Positions 13,451 through 26,158 of a stretch of DNA of 64,000 bases are shown here, piece by piece. The stretch's first letter is position 1. Every line of letters begins with the position of its first letter. This DNA is from Lama guanicoe (taxonomy: Eukaryota), in NCBI GenBank assembly GCA_013239625.1, contig MU053561.1, positions 5,754,439 through 5,818,438 on the forward strand, given 5' to 3'. The notes under the pieces are model-generated. The model saw only the letters and a program-made list of their open reading frames with translations. It did no database searches and was not told the DNA's origin. Both the position numbers and the translations under genes were made by a program.

Positions 13451-15519
13451 TTGCCTGGGCAGGGGAAACCGAGGAAAAGAGATGTTCAAAGGACCAAAAG
13501 GCAAGAAAACGGCAGAGGACCCCATCAGTCCCTTCACTAGCCCCCCTGGACTTGCTGATGAGATAGTCAAGGACTGACATGTCTCAGCTTCTCACTGGAC
13601 AAGATTTCCTCCATGGCCAGGGACCAGTGTGAGAATGTCACTTTCTCACATACTCTAAACTGTAGATCCAAGAGCAAACTTGCTGAGAAAACCCACCAGT
13701 ATACCCTGCAGCCCAGACCCCATCCCATCTGCCACTCCTCTCCTACCCCAAAGTTTAGACTCTTGGGCTAGCTTGGGAAAACGTTTTTTCAGTGGATAAG
13801 ACCTCCTTTGGGGGAGAGTTTGCTGATTCTGCTTACATTTCTTGAATCAGCTATCCTACACTGAGCACGAACGCATATTTATGGTGGGCCATTTATTCAG
13901 AAGTAGCTGGATGAGCCTACAAAGGCATCAAAGATAAGCCAATACTTCAAAATCAGCATGGAGTTATTTTTGCCTGAGGAAAATCCAAGCCAGATGGTCG
14001 CAGAGTATCAAGAAAAGTAAGCCAAGCTCCCAAATTGAGCAAGGAGTTCTTTTTTAAACCCTCTTACTTTAGGTTTTTCTCTTCAATCCTTTGCCAGACC
14101 TGCAATTTAGCTTCCTACTACTTGTCTTATTGAACTCTTAAGTATAACTGGGAAATAAGATACATAAAATATTTAAACTCTCATTGTCCATCAAAGGATC
14201 CTACCTTGTTTGTGCTGCTTGGAGGCAGCTCTGTGTACAGCATCCAGGAAATGCCCACAGAGGCGACAATGCATTTTCACCTGCAAACAGCTGCTGGTCC
14301 ATCTTCAGACCCACGACAGTTCAAATAAGAGGTAAACCCCGAGGAGCTCTGGGAAAACTGGAATGATGCTTGAAGCTCTTAAAAATCTACAGCTGTTTCT
14401 CACGGATAACGTGCAGTCCCCTGACTGACAAAGGGCCCAGAAGTGAAGTTGCTATTTGCCTCACCTGTACTCCCAAATAAGTCAGATTTACAAAAACTGA
14501 AGTTTGCTTCTCCCCAGTAGAAACAATTCCACTTGGTGCTCGCAGCACTCGACATGAGATCCTGAGATGAGGATTATTATCATTGCCGTCTTACAGAGAA
14601 AGAAACGGAGGCTAAAAGAAACTGAGTAATTCTCCTGCAAGTGCAGTAGCCGATTTGCAGTAGTCAAGTGTTCTGCCTCCAGTTTTCCCAGTGTCACTAT
14701 CTCTCTTGGCATAAAGTCAACATAGTAAGTACTGAAGAGTCTACTCTCCAAAGCAATGCAGTTTGCCACAGGCTGTTGCAAGAATTCTTACACAGTCATT
14801 AGGACTACACTCTAAGGTGGAATTTGTAGAACAAGGATGACTCTCATTCAGGATTGGTGCTTGTTGGAGGTCAGTTCACCCAGTACACTTTCTGGGAGGC
14901 TCAATACTTCTCAGTTAAACAAAAAAAAATTTTCTTCTGACTTTGTTTCACACTTCATTCCTTTTCATTTACGCTACACAGGCTCTTTGTCCCCCATCAA
15001 ATCCCACGCAAGTGTTGCAATTATTATTCTCTGATAAAGTGAGTTTCCTTCTGGGAGAGTTAAGAAGAACCAGTGAACAACAATTGGAAGAAACAAAGAT
15101 ACAATGGGGACAGTGGTGTGAAGATGGCTCCCTGGGCCCAGAAAAACCACAGTATTTCAGAACTGGAAGGAGCTTTTGAGAGCATCTGATGACAGTCCAA
15201 ACGCTCTCCTGACAGATGGAATCAAGATGCAGCAGTCAAGCGACTTCCCAAGATCACATGGTCGATGAGTGGCTGGTCAGAACCCCAGTCCAACTGATTC
15301 TTAGCTGAAGGCATTTTTCATTTAACCATAGTTTCAGGAGATTGTATTTTGTTTCTGAATAAAATCCAGTTAGGGACCCAAATCTCCAGGACTAACCCTG
15401 AGATGATTCTTTGGGGAAACTGCTGACATTCCCCATCCTGAGCTGTTCCAGATGGGCAGGGCAGGGCAGGAAAGTGGAGGAAAGGGAAGAGGAATGCTCC
15501 ATTCTGAGTGTCCATAACA

Positions 15520-15750
15520 ATAACTAATAGCAGCGAAAGTTTACTGAGCACTGCGCTGGGTACTGTGCTTAGTACTTTATATGCATTAGCTCCTCCGAAC
15601 AACCATATAAGGTAGGCATGATTCTTTCCACTTTACAAACAAGGAGAATGAGGCACAAGGATCTGGCTTAAGCTTTCACAACTTGTAAGAGGTGAAGGTA
15701 GGACTGGAACAGCTCCGTTCTACACCAAAGGCAGTGTTCCAAATCACTGA
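15520..15750 (-). mobile_element. MIR SINE
   Basis: tttactgagcact...cactttacaaacaaggagaatgaggcac core. Confidence 0.65.
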
Positions 15751-17422
15751 TGTAAAAGCCATATGGTGAATGCAGAGCCCAGGAAAACGCAAACTTTGGC
15801 TGACATAGGGAATCCTCATCTACCAGTCAGCTGTCCCTGCACAAAACTGCAGCCCTTGCCTAGCTGAAAGGGCATTTCCACCACAGATGACAGACTGGGG
15901 ACTTAGGAGTTTATTTTCTTGCTTCTTCTGCCCAAACTCTCTTACTGGGGGGTGGGGGAAGAGTAGGAAGAGCAAAAAGGACGAAAACATTCAGGACTGG
16001 AGGTTTAGCAGGGACAGAAAGAAAACTGAACAAGTTTGCTTTCTAAACCAAAGGTTTTCTAAAAGCCCATCCTGCCTTCAAGAGCTATAGAAGAAATCCT
16101 GTGCCATTCTTAAATTCTTGCACCAGCCTCAGTAACCATGTCACTAACAAGTCTTGGTCTTGCATCTGCTAGAACTTGAATTAGACACAAGGAAGGACTT
16201 CCAGGAAAAATGAACCAGTCACCCTTGTAAGTTGGAATTTCTCTTTATAAAATCCCTTTCCTGGAGTGAGGAAAGTAATGTACCCAGCCAGCAACTAGGA
16301 CCTTCTCTAAATTAAGGCTGCCCAAAGGAAGAAACACCGAGACTTTCAACGGAGGAAGACGAAGAGGCAGTTTTCAAACTTCTTGCCTCCCTGGGTAAGA
16401 AAGTCTTTTGAGCTCAAAGGACCTTTAGGAAATGGTACACATTTCACAGGTAAGAAAGGCAACTAATGTTTAGAAAAGGTGTCAGAGAAAGCTGGTGCTT
16501 TTGGAGGAGTGGGGCCCTGGAGGCAAAACTCCTGGCAACATGATGCATTGCTTTTTCCCCAAAACTGCAATTTATTGTGATTTTGTGCTTCTCCAAAAGT
16601 CAAAAGTTCTCAGCAAGACACACTTGAGTCTTAACCTTAAGTTCTTTTTCAATAAGCACATCTGTGTGGTCCCTGAGTCGCCCCTAGGTTACTTGTACAA
16701 AGAACAGGACCCTGGAAGCAGCAGTAATTCACTGTTTGACGATAATTGTATTTCTTCTCTACACTAGCTGTTTCTGGCGTAGAGCAAAAACCCGTGCACT
16801 TGTCTCTGGAGCTCGCCCAGAATAAATAATTCAAGCTAGCCTCTATCACTGCCGGCCTTAACCACATGCCTATTGTTTTTGAGACAGGAATTCACACAGG
16901 CTTTGATGGAGCATTTTAAAAGGGCACAAAATTGAACTACATGATCTGCCATGTGACCCAAGAGCGGCCAGTCATGCCACATCTGGGATTCTACTTGATT
17001 TAAAAACCTGGCTTCTCCTTGGGAGAGAATAGCTTAAAAGCACTTACTCTTGAATGCTCCAGATACCTTGCTTCTTTGTTTCCAAATGTACTCAACCTAC
17101 AGTCATTGATGTTGGAAGCACATGTCAGTTTCTTACATCCTGGCAAGGACCATTCAGCACTGCAGTCCCTTTTGTTGGAATCACGGTGAGGCTGGAGATG
17201 TGTGGGGCATCAGAACTGCAAGCCAGCCAGCCAGTGTGTTTGTTGGTTTCATTTCCAGCTTCTCTCCAGCGCTTTTCGGTATATAAAGCGCCGTCTGGGG
17301 TCACAGAAGCAGCAGCAGCAGCTCAGCAGCAGACCATGGGCTTTGGATCATGTTACCGTAGGCAACTCATACAGCCTGACCTATAAGAAAATGCTACTAA
17401 CCTGGCTGGGTTGTTGGAAGAC

Positions 17423-17805
17423 TGTATTAGTTTGCTCGGGCAACCGTAACAAAATACCACAGACTGGGTGGCTTACACGACAGAAATTTATTTTTTCAGT
17501 TCTGAAGTCTGGAAGTCCAAGATCAGCATCAGCAGGTTTGGTTTCTTCTGCGGTCTCTCTCCCTGGCCTGCAGATGGCTGCTTTCTCTGTGTGTCCTTCT
17601 CCCACCTGGTCTGTCTTCTGAGCACATGCGGGTCTGGTGTCCAAATTTCCTCTTCTTAGGACACCAGTCATATTGAATTAGTCTACCCTAAAGACCTCGT
17701 TTTAACTTAATTACTTTTTTAAAGACCTTATGCACTCGCATTCTGAAGTACAGGAGAACAGGGCCTCCACATACGAATTTGGGGGACACAATTCAGCCCG
17801 TAACA
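17423..17805. mobile_element. MLT1 (ERVL-MaLR) solo LTR
   Basis: TG...CA termini (tgtattagtttgct...cagcccgtaaca); perfect 5-bp TSD AAGAC at 17418-22 and 17806-10. Confidence 0.9.
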
Positions 17806-18850
17806 AAGACTAAATGACGAAGTAGGACCTTGATAAAAGCTCACATTTTTCCTTTCTTTGACACGGAGAAAGAATCTGTGCTTTGGAATCACAAGGCATA
17901 ATCTCAACTCCTGGTTCTACTGCTTGCTATTTATGTGAATTCGGCCGAATTGCCTAACCTGTTTCAACATCTGTAAAATGGGAATGAGACTACCTCCTTC
18001 AAAGGGATTGTTGTGATAAAGTGCTGATCATACAAAGTGCTTAACAGTATCTGGAAGGGGTAGGCAGAATGTGTTTGCTATTATTGCATTATTTGCTCCC
18101 AGCAGTAACTGTGACTAATGCTTCCTACTTGTATTTTTGTCAAAGAGCTTTGGCAACTAGCCTTGATGACGGTCTGTGAACTAAATAAACAAAGTGACCA
18201 AACTTGGTCCTAGAGATTTCAAGAAAGATTTCTTGATTGGCTGAGCAAAGACAGCAGCAGAGGGGGCAGAAGGAACAGTGCCAGCTGAGCCTTACTATAG
18301 CAATTACATAAGGACACGTCAGAGCCCAGGGCATCAGACCACCTCCTTCCCAGTATGACCACCCATGTAATTCCTCTTTCCTCAGCCTATCTCATGGCAG
18401 AATTTCCCTATAACAAAAGGCACATGCAGTCCATCCCAAGAGCACTGGCCAGAAAGATGGCAGGACTGCACATAAGCCTCATGCTACAAAGGACTGTACC
18501 ACACAAGTGAGAAGCTTCGGGGGAGGGGGCGGTGGCTGCGCTGAAAGGTGTTGTAACTATTGCTTCGAGTCAGGGAAGCTTCTAGACAGAAGCCCAGTTG
18601 TCAGTTTCAACCACTGCAAATTAGGAGAATAAAAGGGGACGACCAGAGGTAAGAACAACCCCATTATAACACATAATCATGTTGCTACATGGTAACAGCA
18701 ATGCTACTCCAAAAATGGTCTGCAGATCTTGCCTGTCTGGCAACTATTTGCCACTGGTCCAAGACAAAGCACAGAATGAGCACTTAGAAACTTCGACAGC
18801 TGTTTGACAGTCACTTTATACATTAAATTTATAATAAAAACTTCATGCTT

Positions 18851-18987
18851 GCGGGGAGGGTATAGCTCATGTGGCAGAGCACATGCTTAGCATGCCCAAG
18901 GTCCCGAGTTCAATCCTCGGTACCTCCTCCAAATATAAATAAACCTAATTACCTCCCCCTCATAAAACAGAGGGGAAAAACAAAAAC
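18851..18987 (+). mobile_element. tRNA-derived SINE (camelid Vic-1-like)
   Basis: A box (tagctcatgtgg), B box (gagttcaatcc), A-rich tail; 15-bp TSD AAAAACTTCATGCTT / AAAAACCTCATGCTT. Confidence 0.85.
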
Positions 18988-20118
18988 AAAAACCTCATGC
19001 TTTTGTGTCCTTTGATTTCATTTTTCTAGAAATTCTTTCTTACTGTATTTTACAAAAGTATTGGTCCATAGCAACCAGCCCTAGGGCACAGACAGCTTCA
19101 GCACTGGTTACAAACTTCTAAATAGCTTTGAAAGCAAGCAAGCATCTTTGGTAACTCAGCAGGACACCACTACTTGGGCCACAGGACATCTCACTGCAAA
19201 ACAAAAAATGTAAGATTGTGACATTTTTCTTCCTTCTACCTAATAAGAGAGGAGAGAGCCTGTTTTCCCATCAGGAATAAAGTAAAAATCAATGCCTGGT
19301 ATACATTCCCGTCCAAACCTTCACCATACTGATCAGTGTGCAGAGGGCTTTTATTCAGATGTTTATGAAGACCATAGACACAGTATCTGTTCAGAACTGG
19401 AAGGTTATCACAGTGGGAAAAGTCCTGAATGTGAGTCAGAAATTCTGGGTTCAAATCCTGGTTTTACGGCCTAAAAGCTTTTTGACATTGTATAAGTGAT
19501 AATCTGAGACACTTTAACTACAAAAAGTGGAGATTAAAATTTCTGCCCAATCTACAACGTGAAGAGTGTTGTGGATTCAAATAAGATAATGTCTGTGGAC
19601 CATGCCTCATAAAGAACAAAGTGCAGCAAAAGTGACAGTGGGGTAAGTTTTGGGAGCTCAGCCTTCAAAGAGTTGACAGACTCAAAGGAAATCGCCCCTG
19701 ACATGGCACCACGAGGAAGCTGACCAGAAGACTGACGTTCTTCAAGTGTCTTGTTAAAGACTTAGCAGGTTAGAAAACTGCCTTCAAATTCTTCCTGGTG
19801 CAAAAAGCACTCTTACTTCCTAATGAACTGTGAGGTGTGTCTGTCCCCATCCTGCCAGGCGTCCAGCACGAGGTGGGAAGGGGACAGCCCGCAGTGCCCA
19901 CCCTGGAGTGGCTCACAGCTGCAGGAGGCGCCAGTGGCAGGTGAGGCAGTGTGCGACTCTGAAACACGGTGAGAACTAAAGAAGGAGAACTCGTCTCCAT
20001 TTTAACTTGTACAGCTATTCGGAGAAACCTCTCAAAAGGACCGCAAACTTAAAAATGGCACCATTTTACTCCTGTCCTTGAGGCAAGAGAAGACCAGACA
20101 ATCATAATGTATTTTAGC

Positions 20119-20124
20119 TTTATT
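20119..20124 (-). terminator. Candidate distal poly(A) signal AATAAA of LRIG2
   Basis: Upstream UGUA and AU-rich sequence, downstream GU/U-rich tract (UUGUCUGGUCUUCUCUUG); other AATAAA at 21258, 22424-37 and 23080. Confidence 0.55.
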
Positions 20125-20596
20125 GAAGACATATTACAGTAGACAAACAAGTAGACAAACACATGCTTTATAAAATAAACATTCTCATGTGTGAGAAAAT
20201 ATAAATACATACTAGGAAAGGGCCACAATGAACAACTTGGCTTATAACTCTCTTTAGGTACATCCAGTACCAGGGCTGCTCAGAAAAACACCCTCTGACA
20301 GGGGTAAAAAGGGAGAACAAGGGCAAAGGAGAGGGTAGAAGTAGTCTCTCTATGGATCAAGAGGCCACTTTAAGTAGCCAAGAGATATTCCAAGAGCACT
20401 TGACCACCTGATGATCAATTTCTCTTTCAAGACCGTTACAGTTGACAGAAGATCACTTTACTCCTTACATTTGAAAACAGGCTCAAATCAAGCTGTTTTT
20501 TCACCTTCACTCCACCCGTCGGTGGAGATTATCATGACTGCTAAGAAACACTCAACACAACCTTGAGGGCGCAGGTCCAAATATTACTTTTCACAG

Positions 20597-20638
20597 ATGC
20601 GTGCACACACGCGCACGCGCGCACACACACACACACAC
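20597..20638. repeat. Mixed (CA)n/(CG)n alternating purine-pyrimidine tract
   Basis: atgcgtgcacacacgcgcacgcgcgcacacacacacacacac. Confidence 0.9.
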
Positions 20639-23109
20639 CAGCACACCTTACTATCCACAAAACCTCCAGGTGATCTGTGGGCTTTCAGGTGCCATTTTAC
20701 TAAGAGACGCTAGTAATATATCTCTTAATTCAGAACATGTTATTTTTGTCAACAAACCAGGTAGTTGCTCAAAAGAGAACAGAAAGAACAAAGAAAAAAA
20801 GAAAATTAAGGCTGATGTTGGCTTAGATTGTACTCAAAATGAAAATTTTTAAGTTAGAAGAAGCAAGAGGGAAAAACATCTGCCATAATGAACTGGGAAA
20901 GAGGCCATGTAACAGAAAAATGAAACATTATTTACAGGTTGCCAAAAAAATCTTAGCTCAACTTTCTAAGGTCCAACTGTTTCACAATTACCTCTGCAAT
21001 CTGCATCAAGAAGCAAAATAAGAAATGGAGGATGTAGCATAAAATGACAGCAAATTTACCTCTGTTGCTCCATTACCCTTTTGGCATTTCTGTAGATATT
21101 AAAATGATAAGAAAAGGCCACAACACACTTGGGTAAAATACTGGGTATAAGACCTCATAATTCCAACCCCATTTCAAATGGAATCCCACTGATAAACAGA
21201 AACAGGAATAAAAAATTAAAGAGTAAAAGGGAAGCGATATTACAGGCTTTAAAATTTTTTATTATGGTAATACCATTTGAGTTAGCAACTAGTTATAGAT
21301 TTTCTCAGAAGAATAAGCCCAAAGTTTCATGTTTTCAGCCATTAACACAGAACAGGCTCCTTTTGTCAACCAAAGAACATAATCCTTACGTTAAAAAAAA
21401 AAAAAAACTTTTTAAGTGCTCTGCACTTACTGCATATAAAGGATTCTGAAAGACCAAGTTCTAAGACTGTCAGATTGTTTCTAGAGATTTCCAATGATAA
21501 AACTGAAAGAAGCTTGAAAGTCATCTTACCCAGGTTCCATCTCAATGCAGAAATTTCTTCAGTGCTAGTAACAGATGATTATTTAGCATCTGTGTATAGT
21601 TCTCTCACAAAAGGCTAATTATTCCAATTGTCTGACAAGTCTAGTTGTTAGAGTGTTAGCTTATATCGAATTATTGGCAACTGTGTACTGCGTCTCCCTG
21701 TAACTTCTAACCCACTGATATGGCCCCTGTCCTCTGGAATAAAGAGAATGAATCTAATCCTTGTTTCATATGACAATCCTTTAAATATCTAAAGACTTTT
21801 ATCATCTCTCCCTTTTCTTAGGAAAATGGGTAACAGAATCTAAGCTGCTTGACATCTTAATGTTTCTTTTACAACCTCCCAATGGGCAATGTGAAGGGAG
21901 CTGTTTTTAAATATGAAAGTCACCTTATAGAAGAATATACATTTAAAGATTTCTTAGATGGCACATTAGAGGGAATGGCACACTGGGCTCGGTTTCTGGG
22001 ATTTCCTGTGCTACAGAGCAACCTGCATACTAGGGAAAGCACTTTAGAGGCCATAGGGTGACAGGAGGCCAATGGGTTAGATGTAGACTCTGTGGCAATA
22101 AGGCTTGAAGTACAAAGAAAATGTTCCTCCTTCTACCAGGTAGACTTACAAAATCAGTCTAAGAGGGCAACAAACAAATTAAGAGAATTTATGTATCCCT
22201 ATGGATATGAAGTGGTAATTGGGTGGGGGACAGAGAACATTTCTTCAAGCATTTTAGCTTCCCTTGCTTTTGCAGCATTTCTGATCAAATTGGTAGGCAG
22301 ACATTACACTGCTGGGAAGAAACACTGATAAGCCACTAATCCTGTTTATAGTCGAGCATCTGCTTGGTCAGAAACATACGCAATAATGAGAAATTTCAGG
22401 AATTCCATCTTCTAAGATTAGAATTTATTTATTTATTTTTTTAAGACCAGGGGTAGGCTATCCACATTTAAACAAACTCCTGACTACTTTTTTAGGCAAG
22501 CTAGCAGTATCTGGGAGGACACCTCAACTGTTCACATTGACATAAAAGAGAACCTGGCCACTGAGGAGACCAGACTGGCAGCACTGGCAGCAGAAAGACC
22601 ACTGCCAAGGCAGAGACAGCACTCACATTTAGAGCACTGGTTCGCAGCCTGTTTACCGTCCTCTCACATGTGACAGCTGATGCACACTTGCAGCCTGGCT
22701 CTAACTCCACTTTTTCACTGAAGACAGTCCATCAGAAAGTGAGTAAGAGTATGTAATTGCAGGGATAACCTTGAATACACTGGAAAGGTAGGTGAGCCAC
22801 AAACTAGTTACCAATTAGCTGTGGCTCATCCCTGCACTGACTCTGATACTCCTGTGTGCTTTACACTAGCCTTCAGACCTGCTCTGCTGGACAGCAATGG
22901 GTGGTTCTCAATTAAGATTCTTGACGTTTACCGATACTGTTTTAGAAGCCAAATATTTCTTCTTCTCATGAGTATTTCTTAGAGCATTACTCCTGCTACA
23001 GAGGAAGTAAACCTGGCTCAAGTCAGGTAAGCAGCATCACTCCTGTTCTACTCTAACAAACATTTTGTGAAAGCAGCTTTTTATTAGAGTAGATAATCCT
23101 CCCTGATTC

Positions 23110-23285
23110 CTGGAGGGATCACAGGTTCACAGAATGTTACAGCTGGAAAGGGCTTTAGAGCATCTAGTAAAATGCCCTCAATTTCATAAATGAGAAAGTG
23201 AGGCTGAGAAGTGAAGGGACTTGCCCTCGATTACACAGCTAGTAAGCAGCAGAGCTAGGAACTGAATCAGGTTTCTTGATTCTAA
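23110..23285 (-). mobile_element. MIR SINE inside the 3' UTR
   Basis: aatgagaaagtgaggctgagaagtgaagggacttgccc...acacagctagtaag core. Confidence 0.7.
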
Positions 23286-24979
23286 GTCAGTCCAGTACAA
23301 ACTACACTGCAACCCAGAAAGCAAGAAGGATCACAAATAGAAGGGAGAGGAAAACAGTGATATTTAAGAAGATCAAAGTGAAAATGAACAGAGGCTGAAA
23401 GTTTAAAAAGGAAAAAGAGAAAGGCATGGTGGTTTAAAACAGCTAGAAAAGTGTTGCTGCCTATGGGAGAAAAACTTAGGATTGACAACTAGAATGAAAA
23501 GAGCTGAGAAATGACGTGAGCTTAAAATCTTTGGAATGCACAGTGACTTAGAAATGGGTATTCTCATTAAAGCGACTGAAGTTATCTCGTGTGCAACTAG
23601 TCCTCACTAAATCTAGAGGACAAAATCTGAGGACCTACCTAAAGAAATCTGACAACAGAAAGAAGAGCTTTAGTACACTCCACTCCACTGAAGCACTGAG
23701 TCTCATTTACATAAAGCTTTTTGCGACCAGAAATTCAAGAAAACTTTTTGGCTTAACTAATCGTTCGTAAAAACAAGGACCACTCTAAAGCTTTAAGCTA
23801 TAAGAATTTCTGCATGTTCTTCTACTCCCAAAAGCACTCTTCTCAAGATATACTGTGCATTGGCAGAAGAGACATTATTAAAATACACACACACACAGGA
23901 AAAAAGCAATCTTTGGTTTCCTCAGTCAACTAAGTATTTTGCTGAAAGAAGACATTCTCAAAATAAGTTTTCCTTTCTGTGCATATGGCAATGACAAGAA
24001 TGCTAATCTTTTGAAAGAGACTTTTTATGCTAGAAAGATTACCTGGCAATTGTAAACACATGACAAATGACTAGAGGTATGAATCTTTAGGTATGAAGTG
24101 GTTAATTACACCATGATTGTGTCTATGTGCACGCAACCACTAGGTACCCTGCCTCTATGCATATACTTCTATATGTATTTAAACCTTTAAAGACTTTAGA
24201 CTCACTAAACCAAGTTGTACAAAATCCGTGGTCTGAGAAGCTGCTGTCAATTATAACTGGACGTTACATGTAATTTTGGCATATCAAAAATATTTACATT
24301 GCAACCAACACATATGCTCAATGATACAAAAATTATTTATAAATGCACATATTATTTACAATGAGATCCCTGGGCAATAGGGACAAAAAAAAAAAAAGAG
24401 GGAGAGAGAAGTAGAGAGAGAGAGAGAGACTCACAAGAATACAAAACCTTTGACCTGGTTAACAGTTTGGTCAAGTCTGAGATTCCTGTCAAAGACCTTG
24501 AATATCAAAGCCCCACGCTCAACTATATGCTTAAAACCACTGCAGAGTCCCAGGCACATTACGCAGAGGGCTCCAAAGTCATTTTTGTTCCTTGGAAGGC
24601 AAAACAGGACAGCAATGTTTCCTCAGGATCATTCTGCAGGTTGAGACAACCCAGGATGTTAAGCAGCACTGAGACTCCTCCTACTAGGCGATGCGCGCCT
24701 GGGCACGTCCTGGCAGAACCATCAGGGACACTTCTGCCCTCTACCTTCCTCTGCCCGTGCTGCACACGTTTCATTAGAGGTACCCATGTCTGTCAGCCAT
24801 TACCGTTCTTTGTCCAGGGTAAGCCCGAACAAATGCCTGGCCCACCTGGTGTGGTCAGGTGTAACTGCAGACCAAGAGTAAAGCAAACGCTGACTTTGGG
24901 GCTTCTTCTGAACTCTGAGGTAGTAAATACAAAATTAACTAATTTGAGTCTTTGCCCAGATTTCATCCCGGAGTGAGTT

Positions 24980-25206
24980 TCATGTGCCCTCACTACCATC
25001 TTGAATGTTCCGAGTCCTACTAAAATCAAAAGCATGGTCGTGTAACCTGTGACAGGACACGGGGGATGGGGAACAGTCTGGATCATTCTCCGCCAGGCCC
25101 TCGTTTTGATGGAGTTGTGGTGACTCAAGGACTGCCTGCTGGGAAAAGGGAGGGTGAGGCAGACCTAGTTCTTTGCTTACGTTCCACAGAGGCCGCTGCA
25201 AGGTTT
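24980..25206 (-). CDS. LRIG2: LRIG2 exon 18 coding part (227 nt; ...RTRNIQDGSEGT-stop)
   Basis: CAG acceptor at 25207-09, TGA stop at 24980-82; C-terminus matches LRIG2 as I recall it. Confidence 0.96.
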
Positions 25207-25278
25207 CTGAGGATGAAAGAAAATAATTATCAGTGGTGAGTGGAAGTTCAGAATTAATTTTCTAAAACTTACTTTTCT

Positions 25279-25331
25279 TTTTTTTTAACATTTTTTATTG
25301 ATTTATAATCATTTTACAATGTTGTGTCAAA
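25279..25331 (-). mobile_element. 53-bp L1 3' tail insertion in the last LRIG2 intron
   Basis: Same terminal sequence as the L1 copies at 49240-49283 and 60510-60558; 16-bp TSD with one mismatch (25263-78 / 25332-47). Confidence 0.85.
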
Positions 25332-25998
25332 TAAAACTTAATTTTCTCCTACTCAAGTTCTCAAAGAAATAAAGATGCCCAATATCCCTGATTAAGGACA
25401 CTGAGATCAAATGTATACTTGCCAGCTCTGGCAACAGCTAAGAAAAGAAAAGAAAACAAAACAAAAACTGGAACCATGGTCTTTCAAACTTTTCTACTCA
25501 ACAACTTTACCAATTATTTACTGAGACCATGCTGTGTCATCTACTCTCACCTATTATTTATCAAAAACAAAACTCTTCAGACATATGGAAATAGACTAAA
25601 TGAGAATTAGTATCCATATCATAAAGCTGCACAATACATAGACAAAAAAATCACTAATTCAGTGCAGTCATTACATCTTCAAATAATAATTAAATTCTTA
25701 TTTTTAAAAAGAAATCATTTAAAAAATAAATGACCATTCCCCTCTAGCTTCTAGCATGCCAATAATTCTAATAACAAAATAATAACCAAAAGCTGGTATT
25801 TTAAATCAGGTTATCTACACTCTGGCTTCAAAAATATGCATTTCTCATCCTCCTTATTTACAGCAGTGGTGAGTTCTTTCCCCAGAGGACATTTACTGAA
25901 AGTTATATTAACTTTATGGGGGCATTTTGGAAAAAGCTAGTGAAATATTCTGAAAACACTCAGAAATAAAAATAAAACCCATGTGCAAGGTAAGCTAG

Positions 25999-26158
25999 TA
26001 CAGGGTTTCTCAAGCTCTAATATGCATACAAATAACCTAGGGATCGTGTTAAAATACAGACTCTGGTTCACTAGGTCTGCTGCGAGACCTGTGTTCCGCA
26101 TTTCTCACAGGCCCCTAGGTAATGCTGCTGCTGACAGACCACACTCTGGGGAGCAAGG
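25999..26158. mobile_element. MER5A-like hAT DNA transposon relic
   Basis: gtttctcaag...atgcatacaaataacctagggatc...gaccacactctggggagcaagg. Confidence 0.7.

Larger units (their letters stand above)
20100..24979 (-). other. LRIG2: LRIG2 3' UTR (~4.9 kb, distal end inferred)
   Basis: Follows the stop codon, largely repeat-poor, contains PUM and miRNA motifs; ends near the AATAAA at 20119-24. Confidence 0.6.

Noticed and set aside
18851..18930. tRNA-like sequences here and at 45447, 52123 and 52380
   Set aside because: A-rich tails and TSDs show they are SINEs, not tRNA genes
22480..23030. Possible processed pseudogene (for example RING-type) in the 3' UTR
   Set aside because: The minus-strand frames I translated gave no convincing motif spacing; no poly(A) tail or TSD
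24467..24976. 169-aa plus-strand ORF antisense to the proximal 3' UTR
   Set aside because: Starts at TTG, has no recognisable domain, and has no promoter or splice support
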